The notes beneath the pieces are model-generated. The model had not been told where the DNA came from, did no database searches, and was given only the letters and a program-made list of their open reading frames with translations. 64,000 nucleotides of DNA from PVC group bacterium (lineage in GTDB: Bacteria > Verrucomicrobiota > Kiritimatiellia > CAIKKV01), in contig CAMDGM010000009.1 of the NCBI GenBank assembly GCA_945898015.1, forward strand, positions 31,703-95,702, written 5' to 3'. The position numbers and the translations under genes are program-made. Of the stretch, positions 28,300-37,761 are shown piece by piece (within the stretch, counting starts at the first letter, position 1; every line of letters starts with the position of its first letter).

Positions 28300-29030
28300 G
28301 ATACAGGATTACAGTCGCCTACGACGGCACGGTTTATGGTGGCTGGCAAGTGCAGCTTGGCACGGTCACCGTTCAGGAGAAGCTTGAGTTGTCGCTGGAA
28401 CGGATGACCGGAACACGACCCAAGGTTCATGGCAGTGGACGCACCGACCAAGGCGTTCATGCCGTAGGGCAAGTGGCTCATTTTGATCTGGAGCGCCCGT
28501 TTACACCGGTATCCTTGCAGCGGGGGTTGAACGCCCTGTTGCCCTTGGATGTTCGGATTATGGCGTGTGCAAAAACCGAGCCGGATTTCCACGCCCGGCG
28601 CTCTGCCATTTGGAAAGAATACCGCTATTTTATCTGGAATGGCCCTGTTGTGCCGCCGCATTTGCGTCTCTATCGGGCGCATGTATCACGGCCCCTTAAC
28701 GTAACGTCGATGCGCGAAGCCGCCATCCATCTTGTCGGTCGATATGATTTCGCGGCTTTAACTGCCAATCCTAACCGCGTGGTGGAAAGTACGGTAAGAG
28801 AGATCAGCCGGTTGGAGGTGCAGAAAAAGGGCCCTGAACTAGTCATGGTGGTCCGTGGAGATGGTTTTTTGTATAAAATGGTAAGAAGCATTGCTGGCGT
28901 CCTTATCCGGTTCGGGGAGGGGGCCATGCCGTCCTCTGAAATGGCCCTTATCCGGGAATCAAAAATCCGGACCGCCCGAGTGCCAACCGCACCGGCGCAA
29001 GGTCTTTTTCTCTGGCGCGTCGGGTATTGA
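28296..29030 (+). CDS. truA: tRNA pseudouridine(38-40) synthase
   Basis: YDGTVYGGWQ, GSGRTDQGVHA, FHAR, GFLYKMVR. Confidence 0.96.
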   Translation: MRYRITVAYDGTVYGGWQVQLGTVTVQEKLELSLERMTGTRPKVHGSGRTDQGVHAVGQVAHFDLERPFTPVSLQRGLNALLPLDVRIMACAKTEPDFHARRSAIWKEYRYFIWNGPVVPPHLRLYRAHVSRPLNVTSMREAAIHLVGRYDFAALTANPNRVVESTVREISRLEVQKKGPELVMVVRGDGFLYKMVRSIAGVLIRFGEGAMPSSEMALIRESKIRTARVPTAPAQGLFLWRVGY

Positions 29031-29042
29031 CATGGCATACTT

Positions 29043-29798
29043 ATGAGCTTTATGCAGCCTATTATGCCAATCCTTTCAAATCGACAATCTGGCCGCCGGG
29101 GCGTTATTCGCATTATGCCCTCGTTGCTGGCTGCCGATTTCGGTTCTCTGGCGGAGGCCTGCCGCCATGCGATAGAGGCTGGCGGCGATGCCTTGCACAT
29201 CGACATCATGGATGCGCATTTCGTTCCGAATCTCAGCATGGGTCCGGATGTGGTGAAAATGGCACGCCGGACCGTTTCCGCTGAGCTGCATGTCCACTTA
29301 ATGATGACCAGGCCGGACCTCTATTTGAAGCGGTTCATCGAGGCTGGCGCCGACACCTTGCTGATTCACATCGAATCGGATTGTGACGTGCGGGTTGCGC
29401 TTCAGGAAATCCGGGCACTCGGCGCCAGGCCGGGGATCACCCTGAAGCCCGACACCGCCGCTGAGGCCGTGTTCCCTGTTTTGGAATTCGTAGACGATGT
29501 CCTGGTGATGAGCGTACATCCGGGTTATGGCGGTCAGCGCTTCATGGAAACCATGATGCCAAAGATGCGATCCCTCTACGACTACGGGCAGACGCATCAT
29601 TTGAACTACGATGTGTCGGTGGATGGCGGGATCGACTTGGCGACAGCGCCTATTGCGGCCGCGAACGGCGCTAATCTTTTTGTGGCAGGGACCTCTTTGT
29701 TCGGGGCTCCTGACATGAAGACTGCAATTTCAGCCATGCGTGACGGCGCTTGCCGCGTCCACCCTGAAACGATTGATTTCACCCGGAAAGGGGTATAA
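29043..29798 (+). CDS. rpe: Ribulose-phosphate 3-epimerase
   Basis: PSLLAADF, HIDIMDAHFVPN, HVHLM, MSVHPGYGGQ, VDGG; exact start uncertain. Confidence 0.95.
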   Translation: MSFMQPIMPILSNRQSGRRGVIRIMPSLLAADFGSLAEACRHAIEAGGDALHIDIMDAHFVPNLSMGPDVVKMARRTVSAELHVHLMMTRPDLYLKRFIEAGADTLLIHIESDCDVRVALQEIRALGARPGITLKPDTAAEAVFPVLEFVDDVLVMSVHPGYGGQRFMETMMPKMRSLYDYGQTHHLNYDVSVDGGIDLATAPIAAANGANLFVAGTSLFGAPDMKTAISAMRDGACRVHPETIDFTRKGV

Positions 29799-29805
29799 GG
29801 CGTCT

Positions 29806-31611
29806 ATGGCCCGTGACCTGAAACATGTCCGAAACTTCTGCATTATCGCCCATATCGACCATGGGAAGTCGACGCTCGCTGATCGATTGCTCCAGATGAC
29901 CGGAACTGTTTTGGATCGAGACATGAAGGAACAGTTGCTGGACGGCATGGACCTGGAGCGCGAACGCGGCATCACGATCAAGTCTCATCCCGTCACCATG
30001 TACTATAAAGCTCCGGACGGAGAAACCTACGAACTCAATCTGATAGACACGCCCGGACACGTGGACTTCACCTATGAGGTGTCGCGCAGTATGGCGGCCT
30101 GTGAAGGCGCTGTACTCCTGATCGACGCGACCCAGGGCGTGGAAGCGCAGACGGTCGCCAACACGTACCTGGCGATTGAGAATAATCTCGAGATTATTCC
30201 GGTGCTGAACAAGGTGGACATGCCTACCGCCAAGGCCGACGAAGTGGCCAAGCAAGTTGAGGATATTCTCACGCTGAGCATGGATGGCGCTCCGCGCGTC
30301 AGCGCCAAGACCGGACTCAACGTCCAGGATGTCATGAATGCGGTTTTAGCGCGCGTCCCGCCGCCTAAAACGGTTGAGGGAGCGCCTCTTCGCGCCTTGA
30401 TCTTTGACTCCACCTACGATGCGTTTCGGGGAGTCATCCCATACGTAAGGGTGGTCGATGGCCGCATCAAAGTGGGCGACAAGATTCGCCTCATGGGCAG
30501 CGGTTTGCAGACCGAAGTCAAGGAGGTCGGCATTTTCCGGCCGAAACAGATGCCCACGTCATCCTTGGAAGCCGGGCAGGTCGGCTATGTGATTGGCACC
30601 ATCAAGGAAGCGGAGCAGGTCAAAACGGGTGACACCATCACGGAAGCGAACCGGCCTTCCACCGCACCCTTGCCCGGCTTCCGCGAAGTGCATCCCATGG
30701 TGTTCAGTGGCATTTATCCTGTCGACACCGCCGAACTGGAGAAGTTGAAGCACAGCCTTGAAAAACTGAAACTCAATGACAGCTCGCTTGCCTTTCAATC
30801 CGAATCTTCCGTGGCGCTCGGGTTTGGCTTCCGCTGTGGATTTTTAGGGCTGCTCCACTTGGAAATAGTCCAGGAACGGCTGCGGCGCGAATTCGACATG
30901 GACATCATCAGCACTTATCCTTCCGTGATTTACCGGGTTTATCTTAAGAACGGCGAGTTCCTGGAAATCGACAATCCTCACCACATGCCGGATCCGACGC
31001 AGATTGACCGGATGGAGGAGCCTATGATTCGCGCCTTCATTATTTGTCGGAATGAAAACATCGGCGATATTATCCGGATATGCCGGGATCGCCGTGGCGA
31101 GGTGGTCAAAACCGATTCCCTGGATACGACCCGGATCATGATGACCTGCCAGCTCCCGTTGAATGAGATCTTGGTGGATTTTCATGATGCCCTGAAAAAT
31201 GTCAGTAAGGGCTATGCGTCCATGGATTACGAACACAGCGGGTACCAGGAGTCCGACTTGGTCAAGATGGACATCCTGCTGAACGGCGAGTCGGTGGACG
31301 CCTTTTCGGCCATTGTTCATCGCAGTAAAGCCGTCTACCGGGGGCGGCAGATGTGCGAAGCGTTGAAAGAAGTGATTCCCTCGCATCAGTTTGCAGTGCC
31401 CATCCAGGCCGCGATCAACAAGACCATCGTCGCCCGTGAGACAATCAAAGCCATGCGCAAGGACGTCACGGCGAAATGCTACGGGGGCGATATTTCACGT
31501 AAGCGCAAACTGCTGGAACGCCAAAAAGAAGGCAAGAAGAAGATGAAGCAATTCGGAAGCGTGAACGTTCCGCAGGAAGCTTTCATTTCGGTGCTCAAGA
31601 CCGGTTTTTAA
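29806..31611 (+). CDS. lepA: Translation elongation factor 4 (LepA)
   Basis: RNFCIIAHIDHGKSTLADR, ERERGITIK, LIDTPGHVDF, KCYGGDISRK. Confidence 0.98.
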   Translation: MARDLKHVRNFCIIAHIDHGKSTLADRLLQMTGTVLDRDMKEQLLDGMDLERERGITIKSHPVTMYYKAPDGETYELNLIDTPGHVDFTYEVSRSMAACEGAVLLIDATQGVEAQTVANTYLAIENNLEIIPVLNKVDMPTAKADEVAKQVEDILTLSMDGAPRVSAKTGLNVQDVMNAVLARVPPPKTVEGAPLRALIFDSTYDAFRGVIPYVRVVDGRIKVGDKIRLMGSGLQTEVKEVGIFRPKQMPTSSLEAGQVGYVIGTIKEAEQVKTGDTITEANRPSTAPLPGFREVHPMVFSGIYPVDTAELEKLKHSLEKLKLNDSSLAFQSESSVALGFGFRCGFLGLLHLEIVQERLRREFDMDIISTYPSVIYRVYLKNGEFLEIDNPHHMPDPTQIDRMEEPMIRAFIICRNENIGDIIRICRDRRGEVVKTDSLDTTRIMMTCQLPLNEILVDFHDALKNVSKGYASMDYEHSGYQESDLVKMDILLNGESVDAFSAIVHRSKAVYRGRQMCEALKEVIPSHQFAVPIQAAINKTIVARETIKAMRKDVTAKCYGGDISRKRKLLERQKEGKKKMKQFGSVNVPQEAFISVLKTGF

Positions 31612-31629
31612 CCCAGCAGAGGGAATCGC

Positions 31630-32736
31630 ATGCGCTTTTTTGAAAAACGGCGATTGAGAAAAAAGGCGGACGCTCTTTTGCAAGGAGCCAAACTGGCGCG
31701 GAATATGCGCGAGGATATTGCGCCCGGGGCTGACTTGGACCGACTCTCGCTGGCTGAGAACGCCGTTAAAGCGGCCGTCCGGAAATCCGATTCCGCGGCC
31801 TTCGAGCAAGCCGCCCAGTCGTTAAGTGACATGGCCCAAGCTGTGTATCCAGCCCCACGGCACCCGGTCGTACGGGAATGGATCGAGTTGATTGTCGTGG
31901 CGCTTGCCGTTGCCATGGGATTCCGGACTTATTTGCTTCAACCGTTCAAAATCCCAACCGGATCCATGCAGCCGACTTTGTACGGAATTCACTACAGCCC
32001 TGACCGTGCGCCCGCGATATTTCGCGATTTTTTGCCGCTTCGGATGACGCGGTGGCTTGTCACAGGCGAAATGCCGATCGATTTCCGTGCTCCGAATGGA
32101 GGCCGGGTGCTCATTGATCCGCGCATACCTGCGCGGTACCCGGATGACCGCTGGATCATCGGAGGAGTTCCTTTCCCCACGTTAATCCCGAAAAACCTCT
32201 CGCGCCACGTGGAGCCCGGAGATACGGTGGTGCCGGGCCAGCTTTTGGCCTCGGGTGTCCGGATTGCCGGCGATCACCTGTTTGTCAACAGAATGGCCTG
32301 GAACTTTCGACGGCCTAGGGTAGGGGAAGTGATGGTTTTCAGCACTCACGGCATGGACCCTACGCAAATCACCCCCGACACGCATTACATCAAACGTCTG
32401 GCGGGCAGGCCGGTTGATCGGCTACGCATTGATCCCCCCATGCTGCTCGTGAATGGAACGCCAACGGATAAGACGCCGGGGATGAAAAAGGTGGTCACCC
32501 GGCAGACGGGTTATAATTTCGGTTATCAAAATGGACAACGTCTGCCGGATGTTCAATTCATGCGGACCTCCAGTGAAGAATATGCGGTCCCCGTCGGTCA
32601 TTATTTTGGTCTCGGCGACAACACGATGAACAGCCGGGACAGTCGCTATTTCGGACCGATACCGGAAGACAAGCTGATGGGACCGGCTTTGCTTGTGTAT
32701 TGGCCGCTGAGCCTTCGATGGGGCTTGATTGATTAG
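31630..32736 (+). CDS. lepB: Signal peptidase I
   Basis: FKIPTGSMQPTL, GDHLFV, YIKRL, GDNTMNSRDSRYFG; follows lepA. Confidence 0.95.
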   Translation: MRFFEKRRLRKKADALLQGAKLARNMREDIAPGADLDRLSLAENAVKAAVRKSDSAAFEQAAQSLSDMAQAVYPAPRHPVVREWIELIVVALAVAMGFRTYLLQPFKIPTGSMQPTLYGIHYSPDRAPAIFRDFLPLRMTRWLVTGEMPIDFRAPNGGRVLIDPRIPARYPDDRWIIGGVPFPTLIPKNLSRHVEPGDTVVPGQLLASGVRIAGDHLFVNRMAWNFRRPRVGEVMVFSTHGMDPTQITPDTHYIKRLAGRPVDRLRIDPPMLLVNGTPTDKTPGMKKVVTRQTGYNFGYQNGQRLPDVQFMRTSSEEYAVPVGHYFGLGDNTMNSRDSRYFGPIPEDKLMGPALLVYWPLSLRWGLID

Positions 32737-32871
32737 CGCTTGTTTTAAATGGCTCGATTGATACCTGTTCACATCTTGTGAATCACGGCACTCTGCTCAT
32801 CTAATATTCAGGATATCAACAGGAATCGCAACTCATTCAACCGCAATTGGTTACGCTATTAACAGATAGCG

Positions 32872-32899
32872 ACGTCGCATAATATATCTTATGTAATGT
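32872..32899 (+). other. dif: Probable chromosomal dif site (XerC/XerD recombination site)
   Basis: ACGTCGCATAA-TATATC-TTATGTAATGT versus E. coli dif GGTGCGCATAA-TGTATA-TTATGTTAAAT; lies in an AT-rich gap between convergent genes where gene orientation flips. Confidence 0.8.
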
Positions 32900-32942
32900 A
32901 GCGTGTCGCCTTGCCTGGTTTTGTGGATGACAGCAGAAATGC

Positions 32943-33890
32943 TCACCGCAGTTCGTAGACCACTTTAACGGGCTGGCCGGCCCGTTCCAATTCCAGCACA
33001 GCCACGTTCAACTGGTTGTTTCCAAAATCTCGGATGAAGCCTTCGGCTACCCGTCGGTTCTGCATAGGGACCGAGTTGACTTTTCGAATCACGTCGCCTT
33101 CTTGAAGCCCGACTTCTTTGAAAAACTCCTTTTCGCCCTCAGGAATCAATATGTAACCGTTGATTTTGCGTGATTCGTCATACAAGGGTTTTAAGGAGTC
33201 AAACAAGGCCACCAAACGGTCCGCATCCTCCAGGACGGAATTATAGTAGTCCAGCACCTTGCGGCGCTCAATAAGCCAGCGATCCGCCTGTATCTGAACG
33301 CCAAATTGGCCCCGGCTTAATATTTCATAGCCTTGGGTTGCGTTTTCAAAGCCATTCGAGCCGCTCCCGGCTTGCGGCGAAGACTGGTTCGTGCCCTGAA
33401 ATTGAAGCGTCAAGGTGCACGTCACATCGCGCTGAACCAGTTCCACGCGGTTATCGAAGATGCCGCGAACAAATATACCCTCTCCCAGAGAGTCGCCCGG
33501 GGATACGATGATGGACTGATTAGACCGCACGAGATCGCATAGAACCGCTTTGGGTATCGCTTGGTCACCGGGCTGGATGACTCGAAATGTACCGGCAAGG
33601 CGAAAACGGCTGAAAAGCGAACCCGACACCACACGGATGGCGTCCCCATCCATTCGAAAAGCCGCCCAGGCTTCCAGCGGAATCGAAACCGCCCCGGATT
33701 TCGGGGTTTGTTCAAGGCCGGCCTTAGCAGTCGCAGGGCCAGAACAAGCGTTCTTATCCGGGACGGGATCAAACGGATTCGTCACAATCCAAGCGACCCC
33801 AAGACCGGCAATCGCCAGCGTGGCCGATAGAGCCACGACGGCTGTTTTCCGGTTTGATAGAAAAAATGAATGTCGAGGGGAAAGGGACAT
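32943..33890 (-). CDS. GspC-like membrane protein with C-terminal PDZ domain
   Basis: N-terminal TM helix, FRLAGT, GLQEGDVIRKVNSV, LERAGQ; start uncertain (ATG 33890 or GTG 33836) because the 5' end overlaps rnpB. Confidence 0.7.
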   Translation of the reverse strand: MSLSPRHSFFLSNRKTAVVALSATLAIAGLGVAWIVTNPFDPVPDKNACSGPATAKAGLEQTPKSGAVSIPLEAWAAFRMDGDAIRVVSGSLFSRFRLAGTFRVIQPGDQAIPKAVLCDLVRSNQSIIVSPGDSLGEGIFVRGIFDNRVELVQRDVTCTLTLQFQGTNQSSPQAGSGSNGFENATQGYEILSRGQFGVQIQADRWLIERRKVLDYYNSVLEDADRLVALFDSLKPLYDESRKINGYILIPEGEKEFFKEVGLQEGDVIRKVNSVPMQNRRVAEGFIRDFGNNQLNVAVLELERAGQPVKVVYELR

Positions 33891-34256
33891 AAGCCGGATT
33901 TTGTTCACGTTGGCGTGTCGGTCATTTTTCTACGCGATCAACCCGAAACTGTGTCCCCGAAGGAACGTGAGACGGGCAGCCTCGTCGTTTCCTATTTGAT
34001 CTTGCTCCGGATGGGGCTTGCCTTGCGAAACCCCCTCGCGGGCGTTTCCGGTGGTCTCTTACACCGCCTTTTCACCCTTACAGTCGCCCTTGCGAACGGC
34101 TGCGGTATGTCTCTGTGGCGCTTTCCATTCCTTCCGTTTACCGGAAGGCTTCCCGTCGATTAAGACGGGACACCCTGCCCTGCGGAGTCCGGACTTTCCT
34201 CCCCGGAATATCCTTTCGGATATTCCGCAGCGACCGAATCGCCCTTCCCCCTCGAC
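33872..34256 (-). ncRNA. rnpB: RNase P RNA (type A, apparently lacking P18)
   Basis: GAGGAAAGTCCGGACT, GAAAGCGCCACAGA, GGGTGAAAAGGCGGTGTAAGAG, GAGCAAGATCAAATAG, ACAAAATCCGGCTTA; P1 formed by GTCGAGGGGGAAGGG / CCCTTTCCCCTCGAC. Confidence 0.96.
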
Positions 34257-34273
34257 AAAATACAAATCAAAAC

Positions 34274-34963
34274 TCAGGCGTACAGCATGCGGCCGCAGAA
34301 CGTACAGGTGATGATCTCCACCCGTTTTTTGGCGTCATGCTTTTGTGTGGGCGGAAGCGACATATGGCATCCGCTACAGACACCATTTCTCACTTCCACC
34401 AGCGCCCGGTCTTTTTTCTTGTTTAGAATGCGGTCGTAAATCACCAGCCATTGGGGGTCAATGCCCGCGGACATGGCTTGGCGTTCAAGTTTCAATACCG
34501 TCAATTCTTTTTGAAGCTCGGCGATTCTGACGTCCAACCCCTTGACGTCCTGCTGCACCATGGAGTCTTCGCCTTTAAGATCGCTTTCTTTCGCCTTGAC
34601 GACGGCGGCATGCGACTCGGCCATGTCCCAGATTCCAAGAATCTGGTCTTCAATTTTGCTGATTTCCTGTTCGACGGCGCGAATTTGCGACGTCATGGCG
34701 GAGTATTCTTTATTGGTCTTGAGATTGCCCTGATCCGTGAGCAATTTCTTTATCTTTTCCCGCCGGCTTTCAATTTCGAGATCAAACATCTTGATCTTGG
34801 ACTGCTGGATCTTGAGCTTTTCCCGGGCATCCGCAAGCGCGGTCTTGGAATCGCCCATGCGCGACAGCATCTGCTCCTTGCGTGCAGGATTGTCTCGCAA
34901 CTCCTTCTCGATCTGGAAGATCCGGAGATCCCGTTCCTGCAATTCCAGTAATTTGTCAATCAT
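34274..34963 (-). CDS. Coiled-coil C4-type zinc ribbon protein (DUF164/CT398 family)
   Basis: LLELQERD start, long coiled coil, NKEY, CSGCHMSLP...CTFCGRML; typical neighbour of rnpB. Confidence 0.9.
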   Translation of the reverse strand: MIDKLLELQERDLRIFQIEKELRDNPARKEQMLSRMGDSKTALADAREKLKIQQSKIKMFDLEIESRREKIKKLLTDQGNLKTNKEYSAMTSQIRAVEQEISKIEDQILGIWDMAESHAAVVKAKESDLKGEDSMVQQDVKGLDVRIAELQKELTVLKLERQAMSAGIDPQWLVIYDRILNKKKDRALVEVRNGVCSGCHMSLPPTQKHDAKKRVEIITCTFCGRMLYA

Positions 34964-35081
34964 CGTTTTCCTGCCTCGAGGTATTACAAAGCCTTTGATA
35001 CTAACACCTCCCCACCCCATGGTCAATCCTTGATCCGGATTTTATTAGGGCCGCCTGCAGCGGTCGGCCCTCTTTACACGA

Positions 35082-35732
35082 TCAAAGAAAGCCGGCCTCG
35101 TTTAGCCGTTCCAAGGTCAGAGTCCCGGTGCGGATGTCGCCGCCATTCCGTTCCAGAAAGCCTTTCACGTACTTTCCGAGCATATCGGTTTCCAAGTTGA
35201 CCGCGTCGCCGTCCCGAATCAGGTGCAACGTGGTTTGACTCCAGGTGTGCGGAATAAGATGAACGGAAAAAGAACCGGTGTTCATCCGGGCCAGCGTCAG
35301 GCTGACGCCGTTGACGGTAATGGATCCCTTGAACACCATGCCGCTTAACAAGTCCGCCGAGCAGGCAATCTCCAGCACCCAGTCCGGTCCGGCCCGGCCA
35401 ATCGACGCCACTGTTCCAACGCCGTCCACGTGGCCGCTGACAAAATGTCCACCCAGTCTCCCATTCGCTTGCAGCGCTCGCTCAAGATTCAGCGGGGAGC
35501 CCGCTTTTTTACGCCCCAACGTCGTGCGCGACAGTGTTTCCCTAAGGATATCACAGGTGAAGCCATTCAGGGTGATGGTGGTGATGGTTAAGCAGACGCC
35601 TTCCACCGCTACACTTTCCCCCAGGCGAAGCGGGTCAGGCCAGTGCGCCGCATCGATGGCCAGTTGCGCGCCTTCTCCTCGATTCGCAATGCCCAACAAC
35701 GTTCCAACCCGGTCGACTAGTCCTGTGAACAT
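35082..35732 (-). CDS. ribE: Riboflavin synthase (alpha chain)
   Basis: MFTGLV, GESVAVEGVCLT, LNLERAL, GGHFVSGHVD, VNLETD. Confidence 0.96.
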   Translation of the reverse strand: MFTGLVDRVGTLLGIANRGEGAQLAIDAAHWPDPLRLGESVAVEGVCLTITTITLNGFTCDILRETLSRTTLGRKKAGSPLNLERALQANGRLGGHFVSGHVDGVGTVASIGRAGPDWVLEIACSADLLSGMVFKGSITVNGVSLTLARMNTGSFSVHLIPHTWSQTTLHLIRDGDAVNLETDMLGKYVKGFLERNGGDIRTGTLTLERLNEAGFL

Positions 35733-36850
35733 GCGGTCTCCTCCTCCTGCGTTCGCGGATGAGCCTTGATCAGGATATCCCGGCCCACCCGGGAAACGGA
35801 CGTAAACGTTAACTTCGGCGTTTCATCCAGCGCCCACCCGGTCCCGCCAAAACCGGAGACAGCCGTTCCGCCCAGAATGCGCGGGGCATAAAACAACCAG
35901 TATTCATCAACGAGATCCGCGTGTACCAGAGCTTCGGCCAGTTGCCCGCCCCCTTCACAGACGATGTGCAGGAGTCCCATTTTTCCAAGTCGGTTCATCA
36001 TTTCGGCCAAATTCACAAGCTTGTCCTGCGACGGCAGGCGCCACACCACAGAACCGTTCGACTCCCATTTTCGGGATCTCGCAGCGGGGCAACTGGTGGA
36101 CGTCACCAGCAGGGTGTTCATGGCGCAGGCATCTGTAAGCACCGTAGAATTTGCGGGCACAATCCCTTTCCCGTCAACAATGACACGAAAGACGGGATTG
36201 GGATCGGAGCCTTGGGGCAAAAGGCTGGGATTATCGGCACAAATGGTATGCGCGCCGACCAAGATGGCATCGGCCCGGCGCCGCAACTTCTGAACTTGCT
36301 GCCGGGCTTCCGGGCCGGTAATCCAGCGTGATTGTCCAGCGGCGTCTGCGATTCGGCCATCGGCCGTCATGCCCAGCTTGAGCGTCAGATAGGGCCGGCC
36401 GGTTTGTACCCATTTACGAAACGGCGCGACCAGGCGAAGGCATTCGTCTTGAAGCACGCCCTGGGTAGACGGGATTCCGGCCTTTTTGAGAATTTGGTAC
36501 CCCCGGGACGCGTGACGGGGATTGGGATCGCCAGCTCCGGTCACAACCTGGCGAATACCGGCCTGGATGATGGCCTCGGTACAGGGCGGAGTGCGCCCCC
36601 AGGTCGAGCAAGGCTCCAGCGTGATATAAAGGGTGGCGCCCCGGGCAGCTTTTCCGGCCTCGGCCAGCGCGAACACTTCCGCATGAGGCCCTCCGGCTTT
36701 CTGGTGCCAACCCCGGCCAACGATTCGACCTTGCTTGACGATGACGGCCCCCACCGGTGGATTGGGTCTTGTCCGCCCCTCCCCTTTGCGAGCCAACCGG
36801 ATGGCCTCGCGCATCCATTGCCGATCCACCTTGTCAGAAACGGTTTTCAT
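35717..36850 (-). CDS. ribD: Bifunctional riboflavin deaminase/reductase
   Basis: PNPPVGAVI, HAE, TLEPC...TPPC, SRWIT, EGGG. Confidence 0.96.
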   Translation of the reverse strand: MKTVSDKVDRQWMREAIRLARKGEGRTRPNPPVGAVIVKQGRIVGRGWHQKAGGPHAEVFALAEAGKAARGATLYITLEPCSTWGRTPPCTEAIIQAGIRQVVTGAGDPNPRHASRGYQILKKAGIPSTQGVLQDECLRLVAPFRKWVQTGRPYLTLKLGMTADGRIADAAGQSRWITGPEARQQVQKLRRRADAILVGAHTICADNPSLLPQGSDPNPVFRVIVDGKGIVPANSTVLTDACAMNTLLVTSTSCPAARSRKWESNGSVVWRLPSQDKLVNLAEMMNRLGKMGLLHIVCEGGGQLAEALVHADLVDEYWLFYAPRILGGTAVSGFGGTGWALDETPKLTFTSVSRVGRDILIKAHPRTQEEETACSQD

Positions 36851-37761
36851 GCCGATTCTGTTTCCCCGGTCAACGACTCGATTCCCAGCAAGGCCCGCAC
36901 GTATTCGCGCGGATTAAAAGGCACCAGATCGTTCATGCTTTCTCCCAATCCAGCAAAGCGAATCGCGATATTCAGCTCCTTGCGTAAACCCAGGATGAAT
37001 CCGGCTTTGGAGGATCCGTCCAGCTTGGAAACGATGATTCCGGTTAGCGGGATCACGTCGTGAAAATGTTTAACCTGGGAAATGGCGTTATTCCCCAGCG
37101 CAGCGTCCACCACCATCCACACCTCGTGAGGGGCACCGGAAAGGCACTTCCCGAGCGTACGATGAACTTTTCGAAGTTCGTCCATCAGCGGTAGCCGTGT
37201 ATGCATGCGTCCGGCCGTATCCACCAGCACCAGGTCGATCTTTCGAGTCAGGCCGGCTTTGACCGAGTCAAAGGCCACGGCGGCGGCATCCGACCCTTGT
37301 ACGCCGGAAACGCATTCACAGCCCACCCGCTCCGCCCAGATGCGAAGCTGGTCCGTTCCAGCCGCGCGAAAGGTGTCGGCGGCCGCCAGAAGAACCGACC
37401 GGCCCCGACTCTTGGCGAGATGAGCCAGTTTTGCCGCCGTCGTGGTCTTGCCGGACCCGTTGACGCCAATGAGCAGCACGACGCGCGGCGTTTCCTGGAA
37501 AGCCCAATCGAAGCGCACAGCCTCCCCCACTAGCTCCATCATGGCCGTTTCAAGCCGATCCGACAATTCTGATCCAGAACCGTGCCGGCGAACGTCCTCC
37601 AGCATCTGGGCGGCCAGCCGGGGCGGAACGTCAGCCTTGATCAGCAATTCCTCAAATTCCTCCAGGGAGCGGGAATCCAAACGACCGGCTCCGACCAGAG
37701 CCCGGAACCGGTCCACGATGACCTGCCGCGTACGGGTCAGGGCTTGAAACCACTTCTTCAC
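36847..37761 (-). CDS. ftsY: Signal recognition particle receptor FtsY
   Basis: GVNGSGKTTT, DTFRAA, DTAGR, SKLDGSSKAG, GLGE. Confidence 0.96.
   Translation of the reverse strand: MKKWFQALTRTRQVIVDRFRALVGAGRLDSRSLEEFEELLIKADVPPRLAAQMLEDVRRHGSGSELSDRLETAMMELVGEAVRFDWAFQETPRVVLLIGVNGSGKTTTAAKLAHLAKSRGRSVLLAAADTFRAAGTDQLRIWAERVGCECVSGVQGSDAAAVAFDSVKAGLTRKIDLVLVDTAGRMHTRLPLMDELRKVHRTLGKCLSGAPHEVWMVVDAALGNNAISQVKHFHDVIPLTGIIVSKLDGSSKAGFILGLRKELNIAIRFAGLGESMNDLVPFNPREYVRALLGIESLTGETESA

Noticed and set aside
31630-32270. N-terminal extension and internal insertion in LepB
   Set aside because: Long, insertion-bearing signal peptidases are usual in PVC bacteria; catalytic Ser/Lys are intact
32826-32856. 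Imperfect inverted repeat CGCAAC...GTTACG beside dif
   Set aside because: Too degenerate to assign; no integrated dif-targeting element is visible
33870-34426. Several short ORFs
   Set aside because: They overlap the RNase P RNA gene
35047-35071. Hairpin AGGGCCG...CGGCCCT after ribE
   Set aside because: No U-tract in the transcribed direction, so not called a terminator
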